Of a stretch of 64,000 nucleotides of DNA, positions 36,788-45,943 are shown in pieces. How positions within the stretch are numbered: position 1 is the first letter of the stretch; every line of letters starts with the position of its first letter. A program made the translations under genes and the position numbers. The notes under the pieces were generated by a model. That model worked only from the letters and a program-made list of their open reading frames with translations, was not told the DNA's origin and ran no database searches. This DNA comes from Candidatus Parcubacteria bacterium (GTDB taxonomy: Bacteria; Patescibacteriota; Patescibacteriia; CAIXNZ01): contig JAPLYG010000016.1 in assembly GCA_026395685.1 (NCBI GenBank), positions 65,035-129,034 on the forward strand, read 5' to 3'.

Positions 36788-36824
36788 TAACAAAAATAAA
36801 ATCCGCCCAAAGGAGGATTTTATT
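36788..36824 (-). terminator. Possible intrinsic terminator
   Basis: On the minus strand: aaaatcc-tcctttgggc-ggatttt followed by atttttgtt. Confidence 0.35.
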
Positions 36825-36838
36825 TAAAATTAGCAAAT

Positions 36839-37987
36839 TTATTTCAACTTGATATTTACTTCTTCCTCTTTATCCTCGCGCCAATATTTTATGCGTACCT
36901 CCTGCCCTGTCTTATAACTTAATAATAAATCATTTAAATCAATATTAGCATCCAAATTATTATTTTCCAGGCTTAAAATAATATCGCCCTTTACCACCTT
37001 ACCAGCCAAAGGGCTGTCCTCTTCCAGTGACCAGACATAAGCGCCCTTGGGAGAATTGGGATTAGCCAAAAATTCGCTGTTATAAGCCACTCTAAATAAA
37101 TTTATGTAATTTAGTCCCAGATACGGCCTATTTATCTTTTCTCCTTTTAATATCTGGCTCATAATCTGCATAAAATAATTAGCCGGTATTACCCGACTGC
37201 CTGATGAACCAAGCTGCTGATCCCAAAACCCGATAATAGATCCTTCCAAATTAAAGACCGGGCTGCCTGCCAAATTAACGGGTAATTGCTTATTTATCAA
37301 TACATATTTATTTATCTCTTCACTATTGATAATAAGAATATTTTTATCTGCAGTTGACCGGTATCCGCGATCAAGGATATTAGCCAAGTGGACTTGATTA
37401 TTAAAATTATCAATTACAAAGACCTGCTGTCCCGGCACAATATTTTGGGCGTCCGCCAGCTTCACGACCGGTAAATTCTGGGCATTTATTTTAATAAAAA
37501 CGCAATCCGTCGGCACATCTTTTACCAATTTTTCAATCTGATATACTTTATTATTATATAAAATTACCATATCCTCCTGAGCCCTGCTGGCGCTAGAAGT
37601 TGAGGTAATCAACCAACCATCGCTGGTCAGTACAAAAGCCTGACCCAACATATCATCAGCTAGAAAAACATTGTCTGTTATAGTTTTTCCCAATTTTTTA
37701 TTTTTAAACAAACTAAGGACTGTCGGCTGAATTTCACTTACCAGTTGCTTAAGCCTTAAATCCTGTTCCACAACTACCTTTTTGGGGTCATTAATAATCA
37801 ATTCCCTATCGCCCAAATCATTAGAGCCGCTAAAGTAAAAATCGCTGAAGATATCGAGTTTAGACAGGTATGCCCTGGTAAAAATTTCGCCAAAAATACC
37901 GGCGACAAAGCTTAATAAAATCAACAAACCCAACAAAAGCAGCTTATTTCTTAATAGTTTTGGCGCTGTAGATTGTTTTTGTTCCAT
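36839..37987 (-). CDS. Membrane-anchored trypsin-like protease / PDZ-domain protein (HtrA-like architecture, catalytic motifs degenerate)
   Basis: There is an N-terminal TM helix. A chymotrypsin-fold-like central region (LAGSPVFNLEGSIIG sits in place of GDSGGP). A C-terminal PDZ-like block reads KGAYVWSLEEDSPLAGKVVKGDIILSLENNNL. Confidence 0.4.
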   Translation of the reverse strand: MEQKQSTAPKLLRNKLLLLGLLILLSFVAGIFGEIFTRAYLSKLDIFSDFYFSGSNDLGDRELIINDPKKVVVEQDLRLKQLVSEIQPTVLSLFKNKKLGKTITDNVFLADDMLGQAFVLTSDGWLITSTSSASRAQEDMVILYNNKVYQIEKLVKDVPTDCVFIKINAQNLPVVKLADAQNIVPGQQVFVIDNFNNQVHLANILDRGYRSTADKNILIINSEEINKYVLINKQLPVNLAGSPVFNLEGSIIGFWDQQLGSSGSRVIPANYFMQIMSQILKGEKINRPYLGLNYINLFRVAYNSEFLANPNSPKGAYVWSLEEDSPLAGKVVKGDIILSLENNNLDANIDLNDLLLSYKTGQEVRIKYWREDKEEEVNIKLK

Positions 37988-37996
37988 ATAATTAGA

Positions 37997-38770
37997 TTAA
38001 ACCCAATGTGAAGTTAATAAAATAACGATTATTAATAAAATGCTTATTATTATATAGCGCAATAATATCTTTTTGTCCAGCCCCTGTACTATTTTTGCCC
38101 GAAGCGTGCCTAAGACAAAATAGTAAATTATCGTTAAGATCATCGCAGCGACATAAAAATTAATGGGCAGAAAAGAAATAGCCCAAAAAAATTCCATCAC
38201 CATAACCAAGATAACCAAAACATAAACCCAGCGGATCGGCTTATTTATTTTTAAAATCCAAAAAAGCTGAACGAGAATCAAAAAGGTAATAGCCAACAAA
38301 ATCAAAATCAATAACCATAAATAATAATTCAATAAACTGTTGATGGCATTCAAATCTAAAACTATTAAGAAAAAAATCATCAGATTATAAAAAGAAGCGG
38401 TATTTTCCAGCGAATTTACCTGGTAGCTGCTGCGATTATAATAAAATAAGAATAAATTCTCAAAATAAGCATAGGTTATAAGCGCAAATAAGACTGCAAC
38501 TAAATGGCGCAATATCCCGGGGCTCAAAATCAAAATAAAATTACAGACTGCCAAGTAAAGCAACAGCGGCAAAATTGCCAAGCCCCAAAAATTCTTTGTC
38601 CGTACTTTTTCTTTGATGATCACTTTCAAACTTATCAGCAAAACACAAAACAAGGCACCCAAAATACCGAAAACAAAGCGCGGATCGCGATAAAAATAAT
38701 TCAAAGACTCAAAAGCTAAAAAAGACAATATCGGAGTAGTAATAATAATTATTCTTCTAAAAAATATCAT
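37997..38770 (-). CDS. Polytopic membrane protein, hypothetical
   Basis: 257 aa with about 7 hydrophobic helices. Confidence 0.4.
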   Translation of the reverse strand: MIFFRRIIIITTPILSFLAFESLNYFYRDPRFVFGILGALFCVLLISLKVIIKEKVRTKNFWGLAILPLLLYLAVCNFILILSPGILRHLVAVLFALITYAYFENLFLFYYNRSSYQVNSLENTASFYNLMIFFLIVLDLNAINSLLNYYLWLLILILLAITFLILVQLFWILKINKPIRWVYVLVILVMVMEFFWAISFLPINFYVAAMILTIIYYFVLGTLRAKIVQGLDKKILLRYIIISILLIIVILLTSHWV

Positions 38771-39524
38771 TGAGGGTATTTATATTAAAAATTTTGATTT
38801 TTAAAGTAGCCTTTTTATCCGCTAAAACAAAGCCTTCGACCTGAAAAGCGCCTTGTGTGACTGCCAACGCTGAATTCAGGGAATTTGTCAGTACATTTTC
38901 CACTAAAATTGAACCGCAAAATTTTGGTAAAGAAAGATCTCCCAGTTTAAAGCTATCCACCTTTATGGCTAACTTATTTTGAATAATTTCCGGTATAAAA
39001 TTCAGAGTAAAAATCCAATTTTCAGGGTCATTGGCGACCAAAAATAATTGCATATAATCAGGCGAAACAGCGATTTGCCACGATTTAACCTTCGAATCGA
39101 CTACTTCATTGGACTTTTCCCAGGTATTTAATAAGGCAGTTAATTCCTGTTCGCTCAAATCCAGGCTAATCATAATATTTTCAGTGCTTTGCCTTTTAAG
39201 TGCTTCAGCCCTGGCCAATTGCGATATTCTATTGGCAAGTGCTTTTTCATCGAATGATATTTTGGCAACTTCATAAACCGGCTCAGGCTGGTGATAAAAA
39301 TAAGCGCTGAAAACCGGAATCTGAGCAACGCCGCTTTTAGCCGCCAAATATCCGGCTAAAACAGCCAGACTTAAAACAACCAGCAACAAACCGAACAAGC
39401 ATGTGCCGCAATTAACAAACTTTTTGCTTTGCTTTTTTTTCAGCTGTTTCTTTAAATGCTCAATCTCGCTCATCATTCCATCAAGCGCTTGCCCCTGATT
39501 ATTTTCATTTTCGATTCTGGTCAT
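38757..39524 (-). CDS. Membrane-anchored hypothetical protein
   Basis: 255 aa. An N-terminal coiled-coil is followed by a CGTC motif and a TM helix (LFGLLLVVLSLAVLAGYL). Confidence 0.4.
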   Translation of the reverse strand: MTRIENENNQGQALDGMMSEIEHLKKQLKKKQSKKFVNCGTCLFGLLLVVLSLAVLAGYLAAKSGVAQIPVFSAYFYHQPEPVYEVAKISFDEKALANRISQLARAEALKRQSTENIMISLDLSEQELTALLNTWEKSNEVVDSKVKSWQIAVSPDYMQLFLVANDPENWIFTLNFIPEIIQNKLAIKVDSFKLGDLSLPKFCGSILVENVLTNSLNSALAVTQGAFQVEGFVLADKKATLKIKIFNINTLNDIF

Positions 39525-39621
39525 ATTATTTGGGTGAATTTAACCACTGATTTATACTCGCAGATTACTCTGATATCGATTCGTGTTATCGGTGAACAAA
39601 AATCCGCGGTTTCGAATTCCT

Positions 39622-40674
39622 TTATTCAAGTTTTATTTCCCGAGAATGTTTCTGATCCAAAAAATCCTGAAAAAAAACGCTTACAGCAGTTGCCAACGGT
39701 ATCGCAATAATTACGCCGACGAATCCGCCTAAAGTAGCGCCGACTAAAAGCGAAACAATACTTAAGACAGGATTTAAGCCGACTGCCTTACGCATAATAT
39801 TCGGCACCAAAATATTATTTTCAAAAACCTGAATCACTATATAACAAATTAAAACTAACAGCGCCTGAAGCGGAGAATGCATTAAAGTAATAGATACGGC
39901 TATAAAGCCTGAAAAAGTTGGTCCTAAATAAGGGATGAATTCTAACAAGCCGGCAATAATCGCAAAAATTAAAGCATACTTAACTCCCAATACTAAAAGC
40001 ACCCCATAAACCAAAGTAAAAATACAAAAGCATAAAATTAACTGGCCGCGCAACCAAAGCCCCAGCTGCTTCTGGATGCGGTTAAACATTTGAAGCGCAT
40101 AAGGTAAATAATCAGGGGGCATAAGAGAATGCAGGATCTTTTTGACTGCGTTTTCCTCAACCAGCAAATAGAAAGTGATTACTAAAACTACAAATCCGGC
40201 AAGAATATCACTGAAAAAATCTCCGATTTTTTCCAGCAAGTCAACAGAGTTCAGCTGAAAACTTTGGCTGATTGATAATAAAGATGACTTAAAAGTGTCG
40301 GCCAGACCGTAATTATTCAAAATCCTGGCAAAATCAGACAAGCCTTCAATAGCCTTATTCCAATAATTGGGAAAATTTACCTGCAATTGAGCAGCCTGAT
40401 CAAAAATAGGCGGAGTCAACAAAATAATAATTAAAAGTAAAACCGCCAATAAAAAACAATAGACAATTAGCACTGCTAATAATTTCGGGACTTTTTTCCC
40501 TTTCAACCAATCAACCATTGGTTCTAAGATGGAAACTAAAATAAAAGCAAAAAACAAAATCACTATTACTCCCCTGATTAAATAAGCCAGGATAATCAAA
40601 GCGCATAGAAACAGGACTTTATATAATGTCTGAATAGAAATATCAATGCTGATTTTTTTGTTAATATTATCCAT
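39622..40674 (-). CDS. AI-2E family (PerM/UPF0118) transporter
   Basis: 350 aa, 8 TM. Shows LVSILEPMVDWLKGKKVPKLLAVLIVY, the typical AI-2E signature region. Confidence 0.7.
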   Translation of the reverse strand: MDNINKKISIDISIQTLYKVLFLCALIILAYLIRGVIVILFFAFILVSILEPMVDWLKGKKVPKLLAVLIVYCFLLAVLLLIIILLTPPIFDQAAQLQVNFPNYWNKAIEGLSDFARILNNYGLADTFKSSLLSISQSFQLNSVDLLEKIGDFFSDILAGFVVLVITFYLLVEENAVKKILHSLMPPDYLPYALQMFNRIQKQLGLWLRGQLILCFCIFTLVYGVLLVLGVKYALIFAIIAGLLEFIPYLGPTFSGFIAVSITLMHSPLQALLVLICYIVIQVFENNILVPNIMRKAVGLNPVLSIVSLLVGATLGGFVGVIIAIPLATAVSVFFQDFLDQKHSREIKLE

Positions 40675-40974
40675 AAATAAGGAAAACCGCCTTCATAAAT
40701 TAAAATAAATAAAAAGCGGTAACTGATAACAATTAAGATGTTTCATTGCTTATATTATATAAAATTAATGCCTTTTGGTCAATCAGCGTTTTAATCTTGA
40801 CAAAATAAGATAAAAGTGATAATTTATTATATTGAACCTTAAATTAATACCCACAGGGCCTCTAATTAAAAAAAATCTATTACCCCTTTCTTTCTTAATT
40901 TTTTAGGCTCTATGGGTATTAACTTGCGGTTGAATGAGGAAGGCAAGTTGCCTTCTTTCTTTATTTACTTTAAT

Positions 40975-41121
40975 TACAATGTTATTATTTAAGGTGTAAA
41001 GTGAATGGGTAAAGATGCTAGTAAGTGTTAAGTGCTTAGGTTATGTGTTTTTTAAGGACTTAACCCCAAACACCATTCACCTACCAGCCTCCTAACCTGA
41101 ACACTATTCACTATCTAATTT
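40975..41121. repeat. Family-B intergenic imperfect palindrome (copy B2)
   Basis: Reads gtgtaaagtgaatgggtaaagatgctagtaagtgttaagtgcttaggtt ... ccaaacaccattcacctaccagcctcctaacctgaacactattcac. It abuts the smpB start. Confidence 0.6.
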
Positions 41122-41580
41122 ATGCCCTCCCTAGCTATCAATAAAAAAGCCCGATTTGACTACGAAATACTGGAAACTCATGAAGCCGGTATTGTTTTGA
41201 GCGGACAAGAAGTCAAATCAGCTAAAGCCGGCCAAATAAGTTTAAACGGCGCTTATGTTGTAGTTGATAATAACCGCAATCTAAATTTACTGAATGCCTC
41301 TATAACGCCGTACAAAATGGCAGGCCCCTTGCCCAGCTATGATCCTGGCCGTACCCGCCGGCTGCTTTTGCACAAGAATGAAATCGATCATTTAGCAGGA
41401 AAAATCCAGCAGCAAGGGTTGACGCTGATACCCCTTTCATTGTATACTAAGCATAACAAAATTAAGGTTGAAATCGGACTTGGCCGGGGTAAAAAAAAGT
41501 ATGATAAGCGCGAAACGATCCGCAAAAGAGAAGATGACCGCCAAATCAGCCGTCTTTTGAAAATGAAAAATCACCAATAA
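41122..41580 (+). CDS. smpB: SsrA-binding protein SmpB
   Basis: Opens KKARFDYEILETHEAGIVLSGQEVKSAKAGQISLNGAYV and has the basic C-terminal tail typical of SmpB. Confidence 0.9.
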   Translation: MPSLAINKKARFDYEILETHEAGIVLSGQEVKSAKAGQISLNGAYVVVDNNRNLNLLNASITPYKMAGPLPSYDPGRTRRLLLHKNEIDHLAGKIQQQGLTLIPLSLYTKHNKIKVEIGLGRGKKKYDKRETIRKREDDRQISRLLKMKNHQ

Positions 41581-41700
41581 CACAATCATCAATCATCAAG
41601 CAAATTCTAAACCCAAATGACTAAATAACTAATTTGGTAATTAGAATTTCGGTAATTAAGTATTGTTTGGATATTGTTTATTGATTATTGGTTATTAAAC
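41581..41700. repeat. Family-A intergenic palindromic element (copy A3) between smpB and ssrA
   Basis: Reads cacaatcatcaatcatcaagcaaattctaaac ... tttggtaattag ... attgtttggatattgtttattgattattggttatta. Confidence 0.6.
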
Positions 41701-41703
41701 CAT

Positions 41704-42086
41704 GGGGATGATCGGACTCGATAGATCGATCTTTATCTAAGGCTGCAAGCCGAGCTGCTATCATGCTCGATAAACTGTTAGCCACTTTATAAGTGCAAAC
41801 AAATTTTTAAGCGGAGTTAAAGCAGCTTTTGCTTTTAACTTTGCTCCTGTTGCCGCTTAATCGCCGCAACCATCTGGACCTTTAACGCCTGATAAAAGGC
41901 TCCGGGTGTCAAAACATCAGGCTCGCCAAGTAAGGAGCGCCTTTGCCAGCTTGGCCAAAAAATTAAGGCATGATATAAGAATTTTGTCGGGATTAACATC
42001 TTATATTTAAATTTAACCCCGAACAAGCTTGTAGACGCCTGGCCGAAGACTTTCTAGACGCGGGTTCAATTCCCGCCATCTCCACA
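41704..42086 (+). ncRNA. ssrA: tmRNA (SsrA)
   Basis: The 5' end is ggggatgatcggactcgat. The 3' tRNA-like domain has gacgcgggttcaattcccgccatctcc plus a discriminator a; CCA is not encoded. The internal tag ORF ...GVKAAFAFNFAPVAA ends in gcc-gct-taa (AA-stop). It is adjacent to smpB. Confidence 0.8.
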
Positions 42087-42206
42087 TAAATTTTTACTTC
42101 GTAAAAATTTGGGTACTTAGTAGTTTGTACTTTGTATTTTGGGAAGAAGTAAAAATTTATCCTACACTACAAAATACACATACTCACACAAAAATAAAAA
42201 ATATGT

Positions 42207-42235
42207 TTGACTTCGAAAAATTAGATGTATATAAT
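42207..42235 (+). promoter_or_regulatory. Near-consensus sigma-70 promoter
   Basis: TTGACT at 42207-42212, a 17-nt spacer, then TATAAT at 42230-42235. It sits upstream of the short IVS-family ORF and of infC. Confidence 0.5.
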
Positions 42236-42252
42236 AAAGAGCTTCTATCAGT

Positions 42253-42468
42253 ATGGTAATAAATATTACTGAAGGTAGCGGAAAATTCTCTAAAGCTGAC
42301 AAACGAAATTTCTATACTATAGCTCGTGCTTCAACTTATGAATGTGTATCATTACTAGAAATTATTCTCGAAGAAGATCAAATCAGCCGCGAAGAGTATA
42401 ACGATTTTTATTCAAAATACGAAATTATTTCCAAAATGCTACTTGGCTTAATTAACAGCCAAAAATAA
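42253..42468 (+). CDS. Short four-helix-bundle protein (C-terminal half of the 23S rRNA IVS / Avd-like family)
   Basis: 71 aa. Shows INITEGSGKFSKADKRNFYTIARASTYECVSLLEII, matching the IVS-family core. An in-frame stop lies 6 codons upstream of the ATG, so the N-terminal half is absent. Confidence 0.5.
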   Translation: MVINITEGSGKFSKADKRNFYTIARASTYECVSLLEIILEEDQISREEYNDFYSKYEIISKMLLGLINSQK

Positions 42469-42491
42469 CTTTAATAATTAATTTTAAAACA

Positions 42492-43058
42492 TTGAAACGT
42501 ATCAAATTCGCCAGAAAACAATGGCAAAGACTGGCTCCGCCTCCGGAAATTTATCCGGTTAATGAAAAAATAAGATTCCCCCAACTAAGGGTTATTGATG
42601 AAAATAGCCAGATGTTAGGCGTTCTGCCAACGGTTGAAGCTCTGCAACTTGCCAAAGAACGTGAACTGGACCTGGTTGTTGTTTCTCCTAAAGCAGAGCC
42701 TCCAGTCGCAAAATTTATTAATTACAGTAGTTTCAAATACCAGAAAGAAAAAGAGGCTAGAAAACAAAAAGCACAGCAAAAAATCGGAGAAATGAAAGAA
42801 ATCCGCCTCTCGCCCAGAATTGGCAAGCATGATTTGGATATCCGGCTTAAGCAGGCTGAAAAATTTTTAAGACGCGGAGATAAAGTAACTGTTTCCATTT
42901 TCTTAAAAGGACGCGAAAAACAGCATGCTGACTTAGGACGGGAAATGCTGGAAACTTATATCAAGGAATTAAGCCAATTACTTGATATTAAGTTTGAACA
43001 GGAAATAAAACGAACCGGCGGCAGCTTTTCTGCCATTATTTTGGCAAATAAGCAATAA
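42492..43058 (+). CDS. infC: Translation initiation factor IF-3
   Basis: Shows LRVIDENSQMLGVLPTVEALQLAKERELDLVVVSPKAEPPVAKFINY and KEIRLSPRIGKHDLDIRLKQAEKFLRRGDKVTV. The track start at 42492 is TTG. The true start is probably a non-ATG codon (TTG or ATT/ATA near INEKIR), as is usual for infC. Confidence 0.8.
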   Translation: MKRIKFARKQWQRLAPPPEIYPVNEKIRFPQLRVIDENSQMLGVLPTVEALQLAKERELDLVVVSPKAEPPVAKFINYSSFKYQKEKEARKQKAQQKIGEMKEIRLSPRIGKHDLDIRLKQAEKFLRRGDKVTVSIFLKGREKQHADLGREMLETYIKELSQLLDIKFEQEIKRTGGSFSAIILANKQ

Positions 43059-43171
43059 CTCTTGACTTTTTATCAAGAAAAAGCTAAAATAACCTTAAAT
43101 TAGCTTGACGGCTAATTTTAAGTTTAAAAATTCTCATAATCTAACATTAAAAACCTAAAATCTATATCAAT

Positions 43172-43378
43172 ATGCCAAAAATGAAAACTCATCAATCCAT
43201 TGCCAAACGCTTTAAAATGACAAAAAAAGGCAAAATGTTAAAAAAGAAAGCAGGACAGAATCACTTCAACGCCCGCGAAAAAGGCAGTGTTACCAGGAAT
43301 AAAAGACGCATACAGAATACCAACGAAAGAATTGCCTCTCCCTTGAAGCATCTTATCCCCTATTCTACTAAATATTAA
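43172..43378 (+). CDS. rpmI: 50S ribosomal protein L35
   Basis: Opens MPKMKTHQSIAKRFKMTKKGKMLKKKAG. Confidence 0.9.
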   Translation: MPKMKTHQSIAKRFKMTKKGKMLKKKAGQNHFNAREKGSVTRNKRRIQNTNERIASPLKHLIPYSTKY

Positions 43379-43429
43379 TTTAAAGGCTTTAAAGACTTTT
43401 GACTTTAAACTTTATAACTAAACAAAGAT

Positions 43430-43774
43430 ATGTCCAGAGTAAAACGAGGCGTCATTCATTTAAAAAAAAGACGCACTATCAGAAAAGCAACTAAAGGCTA
43501 CATGTGGGGCCGTAAGAAGACCATCAGACTCGGCCATACTGCCATGCTCAAAGCCGGCAATTATGCCTTTGCTCACCGTCGCGATAAAAAAGGCGTTTTC
43601 CGCAAATTATGGAACACCAGAATCAATGCTGCGGTCAGAGAACAGGGTTTAAGCTATTCCAAATTCATTGATTTGCTCGCTAAGAAAAAAATTGAGCTTG
43701 ACCGCAAAGTCCTCGCAGACCTTGCCATGAATTACCCTCTAGTTTTTGCTAAAATCATTGAAGCAGTCAAATAA
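43430..43774 (+). CDS. rplT: 50S ribosomal protein L20
   Basis: Opens MSRVKRGVIHLKKRRTIRKATKGYMWGRKKTIR...AFAHRRDKK. Confidence 0.9.
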   Translation: MSRVKRGVIHLKKRRTIRKATKGYMWGRKKTIRLGHTAMLKAGNYAFAHRRDKKGVFRKLWNTRINAAVREQGLSYSKFIDLLAKKKIELDRKVLADLAMNYPLVFAKIIEAVK

Positions 43775-43779
43775 AAAAA

Positions 43780-43810
43780 ATTCTCCGTACCGCGGAGAAT
43801 TTTTTTTATT
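43780..43810 (+). terminator. Intrinsic terminator after rplT
   Basis: Hairpin attctccg-tac-cgcggagaat followed by a T9 run. Confidence 0.7.
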
Positions 43811-43814
43811 AGTG

Positions 43815-43935
43815 TTTTCGTGTGTAGGTTAAGATGCTGGAAAGTGCTAGGTGTAAAGGGAAAGTGTCAAAATGACACATCACCTTGACCTTAACACCTA
43901 CTAACATCCTTACCTATTCACTTTACCTTAACTAT
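43815..43935. repeat. Family-B intergenic imperfect palindrome (copy B3)
   Basis: Reads gtaggttaagatgctggaaagtgctaggtgtaaaggg ... ccttaacacctactaacatccttacctattcactttacc. Confidence 0.55.
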
Positions 43936-44583
43936 TTAATCAATCTTTATCAATTCAATACTATTAATAATAACGTCTTTTGTCGGATGGTCATTTTCAT
44001 TCACCTTAACTGCTTCAATCTTATCAACCACATCCATGCCCTCAACTACTGTGCCAAAATTCGTATGCTTGCCGTCCAGCCAGCTCGTGGCAGCCGCTGT
44101 AACGATAAAAAACTGAGAGCCATTGGAATCTGGACCGGAATTGGCCATGGCCAGGCTGCGACGAACTAATTTATAGCTATTGATTTCGTCTTTAAATTTA
44201 TAGCCCGGATCTCCTGTGCCGTCATTGCTCCAATCATCATCTTTACTATTGGGATCGCCACCCTGAATCATAAAATCAGGAATTACCCGATGGAACTTGG
44301 TATTATTATAGAATCCTTTTTTTGCCAAATTTAAAAAATTATTTACCGTTAAAGAAGCGTCTCCATTATAGAACTTAACTTTAATATCGCCAAAATTTGT
44401 TTTTAAAATTGCGCAGTTATACTGACTTAACAAATCTTCCAGACCCAATTCCTTATACGCCTGATTTAGTTCCTCCTGTTTTTTATCTGCCATATTATTG
44501 ACATTAGCCTTAAAATTTTGATTTTGGGCTTGGCAGCCGGCTATTAGAACAGCTACAATTAAAATTAAAAAAATTCTTTTCAT
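43936..44583 (-). CDS. ppiB: Peptidyl-prolyl cis-trans isomerase, cyclophilin type, lipoprotein
   Basis: The lipobox is LIAGCQA. Cyclophilin blocks are [33 protein letters not shown] and [19 protein letters not shown]. Confidence 0.85.
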   Translation of the reverse strand: MKRIFLILIVAVLIAGCQAQNQNFKANVNNMADKKQEELNQAYKELGLEDLLSQYNCAILKTNFGDIKVKFYNGDASLTVNNFLNLAKKGFYNNTKFHRVIPDFMIQGGDPNSKDDDWSNDGTGDPGYKFKDEINSYKLVRRSLAMANSGPDSNGSQFFIVTAAATSWLDGKHTNFGTVVEGMDVVDKIEAVKVNENDHPTKDVIINSIELIKID

Positions 44584-44589
44584 ATATTT

Positions 44590-44713
44590 AAAAGTTGTTA
44601 GTATCTGGGTTAAGGTAAAGATGCTAGTAATTGCAAAGTATTAAGATCAAGTAAAAATACATTGCCCTAGCACCATCTACTTACCAGCTTCTCTACCCAA
44701 AGACTATTCACGA
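44590..44713. repeat. Family-B intergenic imperfect palindrome (copy B4)
   Basis: Reads gggttaaggtaaagatgctagtaattgcaaagt ... cctagcaccatctacttaccagcttctctacccaaagactattcac. Confidence 0.55.
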
Positions 44714-45727
44714 TTATTTTAGATCCTCCCCCTTTACAAACGTATCCAGCCATTCCTGGTTCACAACATTAACAGCATCCCAGCTCCAGCCTTTGGCTTT
44801 AAATATTGTTTCACTAGGAATGTATTGCTGAATTAATTCGTGCAAATAATAGACCCTCGGACTATTAGCCAACTTTACCAGTTTGGGATAGGTAAAAATT
44901 GCCCGAGCCGGCCCATCAGCATGTTTGGTGACAAAACTATAATCATGAATGGCGTTCATCAGCAAATCATAACCATAGCGATGATTAGGGCCATCTTTGG
45001 TATCGCCGGAATCATTAGTGATAAATTCCTTTGTCGCATCATCGTAGCCGATGATAACCAACATGTGATAAGATGTTCCTCTGGGCGCCGGCACAAAAGG
45101 GATATTCTTATTTTGCAAATCAAACCCATACACAGGCACGATTACCGGCCGGTTCTGCTGCAATTCTTTTTTTATCTGAGAAATTGTCGGCTTTTCAATA
45201 ATGGTCGCATTATAGATCGTGTTATCATTAATAAGCTTGGCTGTCCTGACAGCGTCAGAATTGGCATTGCCTCCCCATAATTTATTTTGCGCGTTAAATA
45301 ACTCAGTCATCATTTTTTCCGCTTCCAGGACAGAAACAGTGCTTCTGCCATAATAATATTTATCAACCATAGTTATACACGCCTCTTCGCAGGCGTTTTT
45401 CCACGGACCAGTCCAGGAATTATCAGGTGATTCATTAATATAAGGAACAGACAAAAGCACCTTGCTGACATTCACAACAGGAGTCACTACTGGCTGATTA
45501 ATATTTATCGGCTTATTTACATTAACATTCTGAGTTACCGCATTATTTACGGATTTTACTGTTGCCGCATTTGTTGAATTACCACTGGAATTAGCCTCCA
45601 AAGGCGCGTCGTCCAAAATTGCAGACAACAAAAAATAACCTCCCACCAAAACGACAAGCACAATTATAATAAATTTAAATATATTTTTCATATAATTAAT
45701 AATAACATAAAAAAATGAAAATGGCAA
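44714..45727 (-). CDS. Membrane-anchored protein with papain-like (C39-like) cysteine peptidase domain, putative
   Basis: There is an N-terminal TM helix. The Cys context is WKNACEEACITM. The His and Asp contexts are SYHMLVIIGYDD and NDSGD, reminiscent of C39_2 / BtrH-like domains. Confidence 0.4.
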   Translation of the reverse strand: MPFSFFYVIINYMKNIFKFIIIVLVVLVGGYFLLSAILDDAPLEANSSGNSTNAATVKSVNNAVTQNVNVNKPININQPVVTPVVNVSKVLLSVPYINESPDNSWTGPWKNACEEACITMVDKYYYGRSTVSVLEAEKMMTELFNAQNKLWGGNANSDAVRTAKLINDNTIYNATIIEKPTISQIKKELQQNRPVIVPVYGFDLQNKNIPFVPAPRGTSYHMLVIIGYDDATKEFITNDSGDTKDGPNHRYGYDLLMNAIHDYSFVTKHADGPARAIFTYPKLVKLANSPRVYYLHELIQQYIPSETIFKAKGWSWDAVNVVNQEWLDTFVKGEDLK

Positions 45728-45887
45728 TTCTAAAATCTATTGGTAAGTGACAAAAAGTGCTATGCCGAGTTTAAAATTGCCTTCTGTTTTTGTGCTGATT
45801 TATTAGATATTAGTTTTATTTTAATTATAAATACAAATCTTAATTCATTTTTTTTAATTGTAACGAGGGACTAATGCTGTCTCCAAA

Positions 45888-45921
45888 TACAAAAAGGCTC
45901 TGCCAAGCAGAGCCTTTTTCG
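45888..45921. terminator. Bidirectional intrinsic terminator downstream of the 1569-aa gene
   Basis: Reads aaaaa-ggctctgc-caag-cagagcc-tttttc. Confidence 0.6.
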
Positions 45922-45943
45922 CTTATCTTAAATTTTCAAACTT

